From assembly GCF_009914755.1 (NCBI RefSeq), contig NC_060930.1: DNA of 64,000 nt. One strand, 5' to 3'. The position numbers and the translations under genes are program-made. Positions within the stretch are counted from its first letter, which is position 1. Each line of letters starts with the position of its first letter. Under the pieces are notes generated by a model. That model made no database searches. It was not told the DNA's origin and saw nothing but the letters and a program-made list of their open reading frames with translations. The DNA comes from the human T2T-CHM13v2.0 reference genome, Homo sapiens. Shown here in pieces: positions 14,042 to 27,601 of the stretch.

Positions 14042-14231
14042 CAGAGCTGTCCAACAGAACTTTCCGCAATGTAGAAAATGTTACTTGTGCTCTGCAGTGG
14101 CCATAGGTGACTATTGAGCATTTGAAATGTGGCCAGTAAGACTGGACCAAGTGTTTAATTTTATTTAATTTTCATTAATTTAAATTTAAATAGCCACAAG
14201 TGACTGGTGTCTACCATATTGGACAGTGCAG
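14042..14231 (+). mobile_element. MER3 (hAT-Charlie MITE)
   Basis: TIRs cagagctgtccaa / ttggacagtgcag; degenerate 8-bp TSD ctctaaaa / ctctgcaa. Confidence 0.88.
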
Positions 14232-14644
14232 CTCTGCAATATTGCCATCACATAGGCCTTTGTTGCAGACATTCTGATTTCTCTGAGACACAAAGCGTAC
14301 ATCATAACAGGGCTATCCTGAATACTGGCTTTACAAGCAGACTTTCAAAAGATTGTTTCTCCATGTTTTTCTTGTATACAAGATTTCATAACAATAATGG
14401 TATGTCAGTCTTTTTAAACTGTATTCTGTTTGAGATAACTGAATTGTTTCTTGACTTATTTCAACTGAATAGTTGAAAAGGAATCCCTATTTGATTCCAT
14501 GGGAATAAAACTGATTCCTTGGTTGCGAATAAAAAGAAAAGTATTATCTCACTTTGTAGGTTTTTCCATTCAATAATAGAATAAATTTGAATGTACATTT
14601 TCTAATGGCTTCCAGTGAATGAGTAATTTTGATGCCAAACAATT

Positions 14645-14914
<270 letters not shown>

Positions 14915-15124
14915 TGATGCCAAACAATTAATAATAAAAGTAGATTTTCACTTTAAAAAGGGAGCTTTATATATAAATTCATTTTTCCTAAAATATTTGA
15001 TATGGAAGATGAAATTAGGAAAAAAACTGGTAAAATTCTAAGTGCTTTATTATAAATCTCTTATCCTGAGTAAGCTCAAGTGACAGTCCAAGTATGTTTC
15101 TAATTAATTAGGCCAATATTTCTT

Positions 15125-15629
15125 TTTTTTTTTTTTGTTAGGAAACTTTTACTTCTTAACTTCTATCAAGTATATTTCTTTTTTTTAATTATTATTATTC
15201 TTTAGGTTCTAGGGTACATGTGCACAACGTGCAGGTTTGTTACATATGTATACATGTGCCATGTTGGTGTGCTGCACCCATTAACTCATCATTTACATTA
15301 GGTATTTCTCCTAATGCTATCCCTTCCCCCTCCCCCCACCCCACATCAGGTACCGGTGTGTGATGTTCCCCACCCTGTGTCCAAGTGTTCTCATTGTTCA
15401 ATTCCCTCCTATAAGTGAGAACATGCGGTGGTGTTTGGTTTTCTGTCCTTGCGATAGTTTGCTCAGAATGATGGTTTCCAGCTTCATCCATGTCCCTACA
15501 AAGGACATGAACTCATCCTTTTTATGGCTGCATAGTATTCCATGGTGTATATGTGCCATATTTTCTTAATCCAGACTATCATTGATGGACATTGGGGTTG
15601 GTTCCAAGTCTTTGCTATTGTGAATAATG
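15125..15629 (-). mobile_element. 5'-truncated L1PA (PA4/5-like) with short 3' transduction
   Basis: tctagggtacatgtgcacaacgtgcaggtttgttacatatg L1PA 3' end; 20-bp TSD taattaggcca(a/g)tatttctt at 15105 and 15630; two poly-T tracts. Confidence 0.95.
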
Positions 15630-16229
15630 TAATTAGGCCAGTATTTCTTAACTGGAACAAAGATTGAGTAACATTATCCACGCTTATCTCAAAATAAAAC
15701 CTTTTAACCTCAAAGAATATAAAGAGGTTTTCAGGTCGGAGATAGTCCTGAGAAAGTGATACCTAGGCTGGAAGAGAAGACCAAAAAGTCTTACAAAATT
15801 GTAAACTTACAATTTTTTTATAAATGTGGTAAATTTTGATAAATGCTTGCATGAGAAAACATATTGCTGTGTTTTAGAATTTGTGAGGGACATCAGTAAG
15901 CAAGAGATTCTGACTTTGCTCTGGAATGAGAGAGTGGAACTCCTAGTGTCTTTCCTCATAATCTGCTGAACGACTGAGGTTTTCATCCTAGGACCATATG
16001 ATGACCTGCTACTCCGGGGCTGCCTGTGCTTTATAATGATGCTATACAGACACTGTTGTCCTATGGGATCCGAGCTCCAGTTGAAGAATGTTTCATATAC
16101 TTCTATTCTTGGTGCGGAGAATTGTCTCTACTATAGAAAGTGACTTAACACTCCCAAACTGCATCGTCTGAGAATGGGCATTTCTCATGTACTCAAAGGT
16201 TAATACATGGAAATCAATCTCAGGCCTTA

Positions 16230-16547
<318 letters not shown>

Positions 16548-17649
16548 GGGAAACCCAAAATGCAGCAGAAAACCAATTTAAGTCCGTGCTTCTATTTCTT
16601 TGTGATTTGGTTTTCGTGGGAGTTTGGGCTTGAGGGGATGTAGGCGTTCCTCTGGGGTGTGATAGCACATTTGTGCCATGATAAGGCCAGTCCCTGTCCC
16701 AGTGGAGTCATTTCTCAAGTCCTGCGTCATGGGGAAAGTGAAGGTCTCCCCTGCCCACTCTACTCCCACTCAAGTGGCTGCAGAAGAGGGGGATATTAGG
16801 CACCATAGGACAGGAAGAGCCACAGACTCAGTGACCTCTATGCAATGAGGAGGTTGGTCAGAGCGCATTTGTCAGAGAACCAGCTGTGAAATGTATGGAG
16901 GCGGAGGGGAAGCACTTTCCAAGGTTAACCAATCCAACCCTTAGACTGCCAGCTGTCCTCGCTTAGAACCACGGCTGATGCAGCTGTGGTTGAAGCATGG
17001 ACATCTAGTTATCGTAGGAAGAGAGATGGAGAATTCTTCCCTTGCAGTCAGTTTGTAAGCTGATGCAAGAAAACCACCATTGTAGCCACAAAATCAAAAT
17101 CAAAGAGGAAAGTGAAAGAATAGGACCCAGGCAGGCTGTGCAACCAAGCATTTCCTTTAGCTCCTCTTGACCAAAGGCATCCCAATTTCCCAGTGAAGAT
17201 GAATTAGAAATTACATGAGAACCATACGGTAGATTATTTCTGGATTGGTGTATAAATATATACAGCACTGACGCCAATTGTTTGAAAAACTGCATGTGTT
17301 ATATCAGTTGGGTGAGTTTAGCTCTTCTCAATGGATCTTTTAGTTATTGGAATAAAATTCCAACTTATAGCAACTTCTTCAGTATAAATTAGGCAGACTT
17401 TCAGCAAGTCCTGTGAATACCCAGTTCCTGGCACACAGTGGGCCTCATTACAAGTTGACTGAAGAACCTCAGTTCTGGGTTCTGTGACAATTCTGGGCCC
17501 AGAGTTGTCACAGGGCAAATGAGATAAGCAGCATTGCTTGGAGAATGTTGCCTCAATCATTCGTGTTCCTTTCTGGCTGTGATGTATATTACACTCTCCA
17601 TAGTAATTGTCTGTCTCCATAAACCCATTTAAAAATACACATGTTAACA

Positions 17650-17983
17650 TAATAGGATTGCTAATTATACTTGGATGTTCTTGTTCCTTTTTCTGACTCT
17701 ATAATAAAGCCTCAAAATGCTAGCTAGGTCATGGCCACCTAAAAGAAATTACATTTTCTTGACCGCCTTCCAGCAGATACGGCCAAGTGACTACACTTTG
17801 GTCAATGGATATAAACAAAAGAAATGTGTAAGGCTCCAGGATCTATCTTTTAGGGGTAGGGGTAGGCCCTTCTCCTGCCTCTTTTCTCATCCCTACCTGC
17901 AATAACTTAAATATGATGGCTTAAGCTAGAAGAACCATTTTGGACCATAAAGTAAAAATCCTCTGTTGAAAATAGAGGGAACA
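17650..17983 (+). mobile_element. MLT1J-like MaLR LTR (split by Alu)
   Basis: ggccaagtgactacactttggtcaatggata...atgatggcttaagctagaagaaccattttggaccat. Confidence 0.7.
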
Positions 17984-18292
17984 GGCCTGGTGCAGTGACT
18001 CGCACCTCTAATCCCAGCACTTTGGGAGGCTGAGGCAGGAGAATTGCTTGAGCCCAGGAGTTTGAGATCAGCTTGGGCAACATAGGGAGACCTGGTCTCT
18101 ACAAAAAATACAAAAATTAGCTGGGCATGGTGGTGTGTGCCTGTGGTCCCAGCTATTCAGGAGGCTAAGGCAGGAGAATCACTTGAGCCCAGAAGGCAGA
18201 GGTTGTAGTGATCTGAGATTGCAACATGGCACTTCAGCCTGGGTGTCTCAAAAACAGAAAACAAAAAACAAAAACAGAAAAGGAAAAAGAAA
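17984..18292 (+). mobile_element. AluJ
   Basis: ttgcttgagcccaggagtttgagatcagcttgggcaacatagggagacc (J diagnostics). Confidence 0.95.
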
Positions 18293-19149
18293 GAAAATAG
18301 AATAGCATGATAAAAGGAGTGTAGGTTGAGTGAGAGAGAGGATTTGGTGGAACAGAGGTTATAAAGTAAAATAAAAGCAAAGGTATTATGGATAAAATCC
18401 ATGTTCAGACATCATCATTCTGATTGCTTATAGGCAGAATTGGTAGAATTCAGGTAGGCCAGATGCCATGAAATTTTGTATTGACAAAGAGACCAGCAGT
18501 CTAGACTGCAAAAGCCTTTGACCATTCAATACCTAAGGTGACCACCTTTCCCAGACAGCCAGCAGGAAGGCTGTGAAAGCTGTGAAGGCTTTAAGAAAGG
18601 CGCGCACTTGGGAGTATTATGAGCTGGGAAACATTTCCTAAAGGGAGAGAAAACCCACAGGCGGCAGTGAATGAAGAAGTTTTGCCCAGTGAGCAGGTGA
18701 GAGTCCAGCTGACTCTCATGATTTTGTTTTCTCTTTCTGCCCAGTGGGATCTGATAATATTTAGAGATAAGGAACTATTATGTGATTCTCAGTTTTTAAT
18801 TTTTCTGAGTGGGAGAAATGTTTGTTTATATAAAGTTTGTCCTGTTCTTATTGGACTTGTAGGTGTGTTGTATTAGGTAACTTACATTTCTATTTTGTAG
18901 GGCCCCTGAAAATGAGTAGTTACACTCAGACCTGATAAAGAGCATGGAATAGTACCTGAAAATCCTGGACTTAGAACCAGATGCATGAATTTGGTGGAAC
19001 TCTGGGATTCTTTATCTGGGAGTACAGGGGTTGAGTACATTTCAAACATGGAAATAAGGGTACACTGAGATACATGGGTGGCCAAAGGGGAGACATAGCT
19101 GTCTTTCAATATCTATTATCCCTTAGGTTCTGTGAACCTGAAAGAACCA

Positions 19150-19456
19150 AGGACTATAAAGAGCAGTGGTGTACAACTCCCAGGAATTGTCTTTAATGGG
19201 AGATCATGTGGCTTTATCTTGTCTCTTTTTTGCATCCTGCTGCCTGGAACACAGATGTGATGGCTGGTGTTGATCCTGCTGTGTGCTGAGGGAGATGGAA
19301 CATCAAGGTAGAAAGCACTGGACCTTCTAAGCATGGTGGAGCCATTATGCCAGCCCTGGATCATTTACATTCAGATGAGTGTGCAAATTTTTATTCCCTT
19401 AAAGCCACTTAGATTTTGAATTTTCAGTCACTCTCAGCTGAACCCAATCCTTACTG
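19150..19456 (+). mobile_element. MLT1J-like MaLR LTR
   Basis: catcctgctgcctggaacacagatgtgatggctgg...cagctgaacccaatccttactg. Confidence 0.75.
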
Positions 19457-19497
19457 CTCTTGGAAGGCATTTACACTGTGGGAACCTTAGGATGCAC

Positions 19498-19799
19498 TTT
19501 TTTTTCTTTTCTTTCTTTCTTTCTTTTTTTTTTTTTTTTTATTGAGATGGAGTCTCACTCTGTCACTCAGGCTGGAGTACAGTGGTGTGACCTTGGCTCA
19601 CCGCAACCTCTGCCTCCTGGGTTCAAGCGATTCTCCTGCCTCAGCCTCCTGAGTAGCTGTTATTACAGGTGTGCACCCCACACCCGGCTAATTTTTGTAT
19701 TTTTAGTAGAGACCGGGTTTTGGTTTCTCCATGTTGGCCAGGCTGGTCTTGAACTCCTGACCTCAGGTGATCTGCCCGCCTCAGCCTCCCAAAGTGCTG
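19498..19799 (-). mobile_element. AluSx, missing ~30 bp of its 5' end
   Basis: Poly-T, full right arm, ends at cctcccaaagtgctg. Confidence 0.95.
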
Positions 19800-20744
19800 A
19801 GAAGGACACACTTTTATAAGCAGGCATCTTTGGAGATCTTGGTGGGAGAGATGGCTCAAGGAGAGGAAAAGAGGGAGGTATTAGTACAACTGGGTTTTTA
19901 TAGGCCCAGCACTAGCTTCATAAAAGTTATTTGCAAAAAAAGTACGGGTCTATGTTTTTGTCTGATGAGGTGGCCCATTGCTCTATGGTAAGTGGAATAC
20001 ATAATTGCTCACCTTTGCTTTTGGAAATTAAATGTATTTAGAATTGAAACCAGCTTATGGTTTTCTTCTCTTACTCATGTTCATAGAAGATGATCCTATG
20101 AGTAACACTTTTTTTGGAGACTCAATCATTGTTTCCAGTCTCTTGCATTCTCTAGTAGGTGGTTTATCTTCAGTAACTTTTGCAAATTGCATCAACATAC
20201 TTGCCTCCTACAAATTTAAACTCAATAAACCAAGGAGAACAAGGGTGTGATGGTGGGAATTTCTTTTGAAAGAGTCAAGCCCATGCTGTGCAGGCTGCAC
20301 CCATCTTTACTGCATTCCCATAAAAGGCTTGGGGGAAGGAAGTTAAACCATAACCCCGTTAGGTAATAGGCTATGCATTAATGCAATTTATCTGGAATGA
20401 GGAAGGAAGAGATTCAGCTTTGAAAGAATTTCCTCAACAGCATATTCCTCTTTGCTGCAAAGCTGTTTCACTTCAGGTGAGACCCAGGAAGCAGCCTGGG
20501 AATTCCTTGACCATCGATACCAAAGGCTTTCTGGAGGTGTGCAGTCTCTAGGGATTTGAGGGTGTCGCCCAACAGTCAGTGTGATTTTACAACCAGTTCT
20601 CTCTAGGCTAATTTCTAACGCAGGGAATGAGAATGGTCATGCTGAAAAGTGGTAGAGAGATTTGACTCGCCTGATTGCAAGGACCAGGTCTACCACCCAG
20701 TAATTGTGTGGACTAGAAGGTGGTGGAGTGAGTAGTGACCGACC

Positions 20745-20960
20745 TCTGAAGAGTGTGACCTCTCAAGCCAACTGCTTGAGCTCCAATTCTGCCTCTGCTA
20801 CTTTGTGACTGTGTAGCCCTGGGAAAGTTATTTTACCTCTCTGTGCCTCAGTCATTTCCTCTATAAAATAGGTCTCTATATGGACCTACCTTATAAGGTT
20901 GCTGTGAGTGGCACATGCAAATGTGTTTATAAAGTATATCCCATGGTATGTGGCGTAATT
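20745..20960 (+). mobile_element. MIR
   Basis: ctgggaaagttattttacctctctgtgcctcagtcatttcctctataaaatagg. Confidence 0.8.
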
Positions 20961-21109
20961 TATTTTTTGAGGGGAGATAGTGAGGTGCTAGTTACACACT
21001 GGGATGAGGTAGATCCTTGTTTGGATCTCAGCCTTGCTGCTCCCTGGGTAGGTGGCTTTGGATCGCTGCTCACCTTGCCAGGTCCCTCTGGCTCCTCCTT
21101 GGCTGAACA

Positions 21110-22010
21110 TGCTTTGACTACACTGACCTTTCTGTTTCTCCAGCCCTCCTCATGGCCTGTATATAATATTTCTTCCAGTTGGAATGCTCTCTATTAACCA
21201 TTATGATTCTCATGAAGGCTGTTTCTGTTCTCCAGGCTGGGTTCAGGTCTCTGTGATATCACTCAAGGAGTTTTGTACCTACCCTCCTGAGCACTTAGAA
21301 TTATGCTAGAGTATTCATTTGTATAATTACAGTTGACTCTTAGGCAGCTCCAGGGATGGGGGCACCAACTCTCCTTGCAGTCAAAAATCCACAGATAACT
21401 TTTGATTCCCCAAAAACTTAACTAGTAATAACCCGCTGTTGACCAGAAACCTTAGTGATAACATAAACAGCCAATTAACACCCATTTTGTATGTTATATG
21501 TATTATATACTGTATTCTTATGATAAAGTAAGTTAAGAAAAGAAAATGTTATTTAAAAAATCATAAAGAAGAGAAAATATATTTGCTATTCAGTAAGTGG
21601 AAGTGGATCATCTTAAAGGGCTTCATCCGTGATGTCCTCACATTGAGTAAAGAGGAGGAGGAGGAGGAGAGGAGGAGGAGGAGGAGGAGAGGAGGAGGAG
21701 GAGGGGCTGGTCTTGATGTCTCAGGGGCGGCAGAGGTGGAAGAGGTGGAGGAGGTGGGAGGGAGGCAGGAGAGGCAGGCACACTGGGGGTAACTATTATT
21801 AATGAAAATCCTTGTGCAAGTGGATCTGCACAGTTCAACCCATGTTATTCAAGGGTCAACTGTATTCCTATCTGTACTCAGGACTGTGAGTTCCAAGCAT
21901 GGTTAACAAGTCCTGTGTCTTTCAACCCAATGTCTATACTGGTGCCTGGCTCAGAGGGGACAAAACAAATACATGAATGCTGAATTAATACATACATACA
22001 TAAAATGAAT
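21110..22010 (+). mobile_element. L2 3' region, interrupted by a Tigger2 element
   Basis: ctacactgacctttctgtttctcc...ggaatgctctc before the insert; gactgtgagttcc...gtgcctggctcagag...aatgaatg after. Confidence 0.65.
21330..21862 (-). mobile_element. Tigger2-family deletion derivative (Tigger2a-like)
   Basis: TIRs cagttgactctt / aagggtcaactg flanked by TA; internal expanded (GAG)n. Confidence 0.9.
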
Positions 22011-22372
22011 GTGAGAAGAATTTCCTTTTCTGATGGTTTTATAAACTATGAGCTACTTGAAGGCAGATTACATTTCATCTATAGTTATATCCCCAAAAGC
22101 CTATAGTTAGCAAGAAATTAATGTATTTGTCATGTGGATGAGTAAACTGTACCATAGTGATTCGAATTTAATTCACTAACATATAACATTCTGATTTGAA
22201 AATAAATAAAATTACTTTAGAAAAGCTTATGTTGGATATAACCTAATTTATACAAATATTCTTTTTTTATTTGTCAATTGAGAAAGTATTTAGTTACTCG
22301 TGATGGAAACTTTCTCTTTTTTTATATTAGAGATGTTATCTCACTGCAGACTATAAGTTAAGACTTGTAGCA

Positions 22373-23202
22373 CAGCCATTCTGATAGATTTTGTTCTCAG
22401 AATTCATTTATCCTCTAAAAAGTATTGAGGATCCCAGGAAGCTTTCATTTGTGTGGGTTACATTTACTATATCAAAGAATATATTTACTATATCAAAGAA
22501 ATATTTTAAAAACATTTAAAATATTTATTTGTTTAAAGCAATAATAAACTCAATACAAATTAAATAAATTAACTAATTTTAATAAAATTAATTATATTTT
22601 CCTATGGATCTTTTGCCCATGCATGATTTTGCCAGGTAATGCATCAATCATTTGGAAAATATTAATTCATTGAGTGAATATTTGACCTTTCAAATGTTGG
22701 CTATACAATATTTTGAAAAATCACATTTGTTACTATCACTGATCTCATTAGAAAAGTCTTTGAGGCATTGGGAAGCTGTCTGGTTTACACAAGCAGGTAC
22801 AAGTTTACCAAAATTCAAAGTTTTGCTTGAAGGTTCAAATGTTATTTTCAGCAACGAATAATGTTTGTTATTTTCCTTGAAGTGACAGGCTCTCTATTTA
22901 GTCTCAAGAAAAAGTTTGTCAAATAGCCAAGGCTGAATAACAATAGTTTGCAGTCAGTTGTCTTTTAGGGAAAAAATGCTTCCATGCAAAAATAGGCTAT
23001 TTCAGCCTACAACTCATAGCAAGTGTGTAAGTATTAGAGTATACTGTAAGTGCTTCATGCTCACAATTACTACAAATGTCAACATGGTAAAGAAGGCAAA
23101 TAACGTCTTAATATTATTTAAAAAATAGTTTTGATCTTATGCTCCTGCAAAAGGATCTTAGAGAAGCCCAGGGGTCCACAGACCACACTTTGAGAGCCGC
23201 TG
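22373..23202 (-). mobile_element. Charlie1a-like hAT DNA transposon
   Basis: End ccaggggtccacagaccacactttgagagccgctg; antisense transposase remnant ttttccttgaagtgacaggctc. Confidence 0.8.
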
Positions 23203-23599
23203 CTCTAGGGTATTCTAACATTAAATTACAAGACTCATTGACCCCACACAGATGAAATTTACAACAATATGGCTTTTAATTAATCAACTTTTCCTGCAAC
23301 TTCTACCCTATCAGGAACAAATAAGCCAAGAGCAAAATGTTACAAAAGATTGTGATAACTGAGTTTAAGATCAATGTACGAGAACTGTCTTATCAATATC
23401 ACCCATAATTATTAGTGTAAAGAAGTCACAAAATGTCTTTTAAAAAATTCTACCCTGAAAATATTTCAGAATGTAAGAAGTGGCAATAATTATAATAAGT
23501 GGCTACAAACTCCACTTTGAATGCATTTTCAGCAGCTTTTTTCCTAGACATTTATCACGTATTATTTTATTTTAACATGTCTCTGTGATATGGGTACAT

Positions 23600-23715
23600 A
23601 GGACTTGATATCATCTCTGTTTTAGAGATGAGGAAACTGAGAAAAAAATGACTAGATTCACCCACCATTGCCTAGGAAACTGGCGGTGGAACTGGGTAGC
23701 TCTCCTGATGAATAT
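23600..23715 (-). mobile_element. MIR
   Basis: ctctgttttagagatgaggaaactgag. Confidence 0.7.
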
Positions 23716-24603
23716 TTCAATGCCTTTTCTTTTTCACCCTGTGGAATCACTTGGCCAGCCAGACTCAGCAAACACGTTTCATGTCAATAAAAAGAGAATA
23801 TTCCAGTGAGCCCAGTGACTTTGGAAATCCCTAAAGTGGAGTGTTCCAAGTAACTGAAAACCTGGGGGGAAAGAGTGACCTCTGTGAGCTTTTCCAGCTT
23901 CCACTTCTGCTGATGGGTGGAAGTTCATAGGAAGGAAGACATTCTCTTAGCCTGGGCTATGTCCCTTGCTAAATTTAGGATTCCAGATTATAGAAACACC
24001 CTCAGATGACCAAGCCCTCCACCCCTGATGTTCTGGGAGCTCTCATTCTGAAAGAACAAATGCATTTTTCCTTCCCCTTTGGAACCAGATAGTAAACTTG
24101 GCCAAGGAGCCTGCCAGCCACTGGCCTGGTGTGAGTGAGTGGGGTGATTATTTGGAGATTTAGGCAGAAAGTGTTGAAGGGAAAGAGGCTGTGGGTGGGG
24201 AGGGACAATCAGCTAAAGAGATGGGAAGTATCATCCTCTTGTCTTGTTAAAGCAGAAAACTGTTTAAAATGTCATGCCCATATTTACTAGCTGTTTATAG
24301 GTAACAGAATCTCCTCTGTGTGTCGTCAGTGAGTAATTGCCATAACAATGTTGTATTTACATGACCCATATTTTACCCCACAAAGGCAGAGAAGAAGATC
24401 CTTAAAGAAATTGCATATACCTCTATGGTGTGTAGAGAAGAACAGCTGCTTTCCTCCCTCTTCCTACTCATATGGCTCTTGAAAATGCTCTCAGCCTCTT
24501 CCTTTAATAATTTCCATCATGTCCTCCTCTGCCCTTTAGATTGTAGCACACGATTTAAATGGAAGGTGCAGGGAAGTGTTTCTGAGTGGTTTGCCTGACT
24601 CAA

Positions 24604-24615
24604 GCCACCTGGTGG
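24604..24615 (-). promoter_or_regulatory. Candidate CTCF motif
   Basis: gccacctggtgg is the reverse complement of the CTCF core CCACCAGGTGGC. Confidence 0.35.
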
Positions 24616-24933
24616 GCAAGGGGCAGCATCTGAGAGGCTTCCTTCCACAGCCCGCCTCTTAGGGCCCAAGAGATAACAAGACCACATGCAGCTCAGATGC
24701 AATCACTTCTTAACATAGCTCAGAGGCAATCACTTCTTAACATTTGAGAAAACTTGCCTGGGTGAAAAACCATTTTCCCAGACAGCAATTTGCCTAGGAG
24801 TTGCAATGACATTGTCTTTCTGTGCCAAGAATATCAATCAGTTCAAAAGTCCCTCTCCTGAGAGCCACTGGCAAGATCCTGGGCGTGCACACACAAGCAG
24901 TATCTGTAACCCTGCTGCTTGGGGTTAGTGTAA

Positions 24934-25104
24934 ATGTCAAGGCTGTGTATTAGAATTAATTGTTCTGCCACTATCTGCTCTTCCTTTCTCTTTTCCTCCT
25001 TTTGTATAATCGTTTGCCTTTTTTTTTTCTCCCTCGATCTTGTTGTTTCTAGCTTTATTGTTCTCAGTAAATTCTCAGTAAATTGTTCACAGTAGACTTG
25101 TGAG
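24934..25104 (+). repeat. Donor of the inverted copy at 26484-26625
   Basis: atgtcaaggctgtgtattagaattaattgttctgccactat...agacttgtgag matches the reverse complement of 26484-26625. Confidence 0.92.
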
Positions 25105-25134
25105 CCTTTGGGATGAAAAGTGATGTAAACTCTT

Positions 25135-25460
25135 GGAGAGGAAAGAACCCTGGATCATAGGCCAGAAGGCCTAAGTCCCAGTAACACTCTCATCCGTTAG
25201 TCCAGTCACATCACTAACCTATCTCCACCTCAGTTTTCCATCTCAAACTGGAGATAATAATCTGTATATTGATTGCTTTTTGAGACCCTTGTAAGAATCA
25301 ATTGTTATTATGTAGCACTATTGAACATATGTACTTACTTTCATTACAGTACCTAGAACACCAGCTGGTGCATAGAAGGTGCCCAATAAACATTTGTTGA
25401 ATTGATGACTATATTTGGAAATATTTTGTAAACTATGAAATCACTACACACATGTTTTTA
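25135..25460 (+). mobile_element. MIR with short L2 tail
   Basis: cctcagttttccatctcaaactggagataataat; tggtgcatagaaggtgcccaataaacatttgttgaat. Confidence 0.6.
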
Positions 25461-25896
25461 TGACATTTTTCATAGATGATGCTACTAGCCTGCAGTGCTC
25501 TAGGCCTTGGGTTGTGTCTTGTCATGTCGGCTGTGTAAACAGGCTGGCTCCTGCCATGCCACAGGTGGCTGGGGATCTCTTTCCAGGCCACAGCATCTAC
25601 TTGGTTTCTGTGATTCCAATTCCTGTGTGGATCTGACCCACTAACTAGAAGTTTGCGCTAAGTGAACCTTGGTGTGTAAATGTTGGTGCTGGAGGGTGAA
25701 TGTGGGTACCTTGAAGCCCTGGTCTTATAAATGAGTAACATGTTTCTGTATAACATGGAATGATACAGATGATGGCATTGAGAATCCTGCTGGTCTCGGA
25801 AATTTCAAGGGAGTTCTAGACCAGATCAAACAAGAGACAATGGAAGATACCAGTATTTGGCAAAGGAAAGACATTTAGAATTTAGAAGTATTCTAA

Positions 25897-26228
<332 letters not shown>

Positions 26229-26258
26229 TCTAATGGATGATTTCTATTTACATCCTTC

Positions 26259-26804
26259 TTATAGACTGAGACAGATCCCCCTAAAATTCATGTGTTGGGA
26301 CCCTAGCCTCTGTATTTGGAGACAGAGTCTGTGAGGAGATGTTAAAGGATAAATAAAGTCATAAGGTTAGGGTCTTAATCCAATGAGGCTGGTGTCCTTA
26401 TAAGAAGAAAAGGAGATACTAGATCTCTCTTTCTCCCTCCACTCTTGTCTTCTGCTCCACAAAGGAAATATCAATGGATATTCCTCACAAGTCTAAACTG
26501 AGAACAGTAAAGCTAGAAACAACAAGATCGAGGGAAAGAAAAGGCAAAAGATTATACAAAAGGAGGAAAAGAGATAGGAAAAGCATAGTGGCAGAACAAT
26601 TAATTCTAATACACAGCCTTGACATGGAGCAAGAAGGAGGCTGTCTGCAAGCCATGAAGAGAGAGCTCTTACCAGGAACTGAATCGGCCACCTTGGTCTG
26701 AAACTTCTAGCTTCTAGCTTCCAGAACTGTGTGAAAATAAATGTCTGTGCCTTAAGCTACCCAGCCTATGGTATTTATTATGGCAGGCCAAGCTGACTAA
26801 TACA
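26259..26804 (+). mobile_element. MLT1A MaLR solo LTR carrying a ~157-bp foreign insert
   Basis: ccctaaaattcatgtgttg...gtgtccttataagaaga; ccagaactgtgtgaaaataaatgtctg...gctgactaataca. Confidence 0.88.
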
Positions 26805-27447
26805 ACCCTCACCTCCTCTGTCTCATTTCTGGGTAGCTATCCTGAAATTCATGATTCTGACATTCTCCTATATGCAAAGAACATTGAAGTCTATGAGCAG
26901 ACTGAATGTATATGTCTAAATATCCTTGTGAACTAAGCATGATGGAAGAGAGGAGACAAGAACAGCCACACTCCACTGAATGACAAGTCAAAGATTGCAA
27001 TGAGCAACTCTTTTACCTGGCTTGCCTGAGATAATTTTGATACATTACACTAAGCTTCAGGAGAGTGAAAGGGTGTAGGTTATGTCAATTAGCTTGTGGA
27101 CTTTTTGCAAACCATGTGATTAAGGCTGGTGACATTCTGCATCAGGTTTTAACAAAACAAGGTTTCTAAAGTTAGTTTGGATACATTGATTTTTCTTACA
27201 CCACCACTGTTGCTAGTTGGGTATATTAAGTGATATTATAGCATACGTGCAAAGGGAAATGATTATTTGGGACAGTGAAAAAAACTGTATATTCAATGTG
27301 ATGATAGAACAAGTGTGAAGGCTGAGTTTGGCAATTTTGGGTTTGATCCTCAACCTCTAATTTTTGCAAGTTTGGAGCCATGATCTTCTAATTATTTAGC
27401 ACAAATGTTGAAGAAGTTAGACACAAATGAGTCAAAGTTAATCTATC

Positions 27448-27601
27448 ACATTCATTTTTAAACTTTAGTGTTTCTATGAATCATCTGAAGAGCTTGTTAA
27501 GAGCCAGTGAGTTTTCGGGTGAGCCTCAGATTTTGTATTTCTAACAAGTTTCAGCTCATATCAATGCTGCTGGTCCATGAACTGTACTTGGAGTAGCAAG
27601 G
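27448..27601. mobile_element. MER5A
   Basis: gaatcatctgaagagcttgttaa...gtatttctaacaag...atgctgctggtcc...gagtagcaagg. Confidence 0.75.

Noticed and set aside
18697-18882. Splice-like signals (cag|gtgaga, strong acceptor at 18744, tag|gtaact)
   Set aside because: The implied upstream intron (~48 nt) is too short and there is no other support; a similar isolated donor at ~8155 was dropped for the same reason.
21583-21838. Poly-E/R/G and poly-S/P ORFs
   Set aside because: Expanded (GAG)n inside a Tigger2 element.
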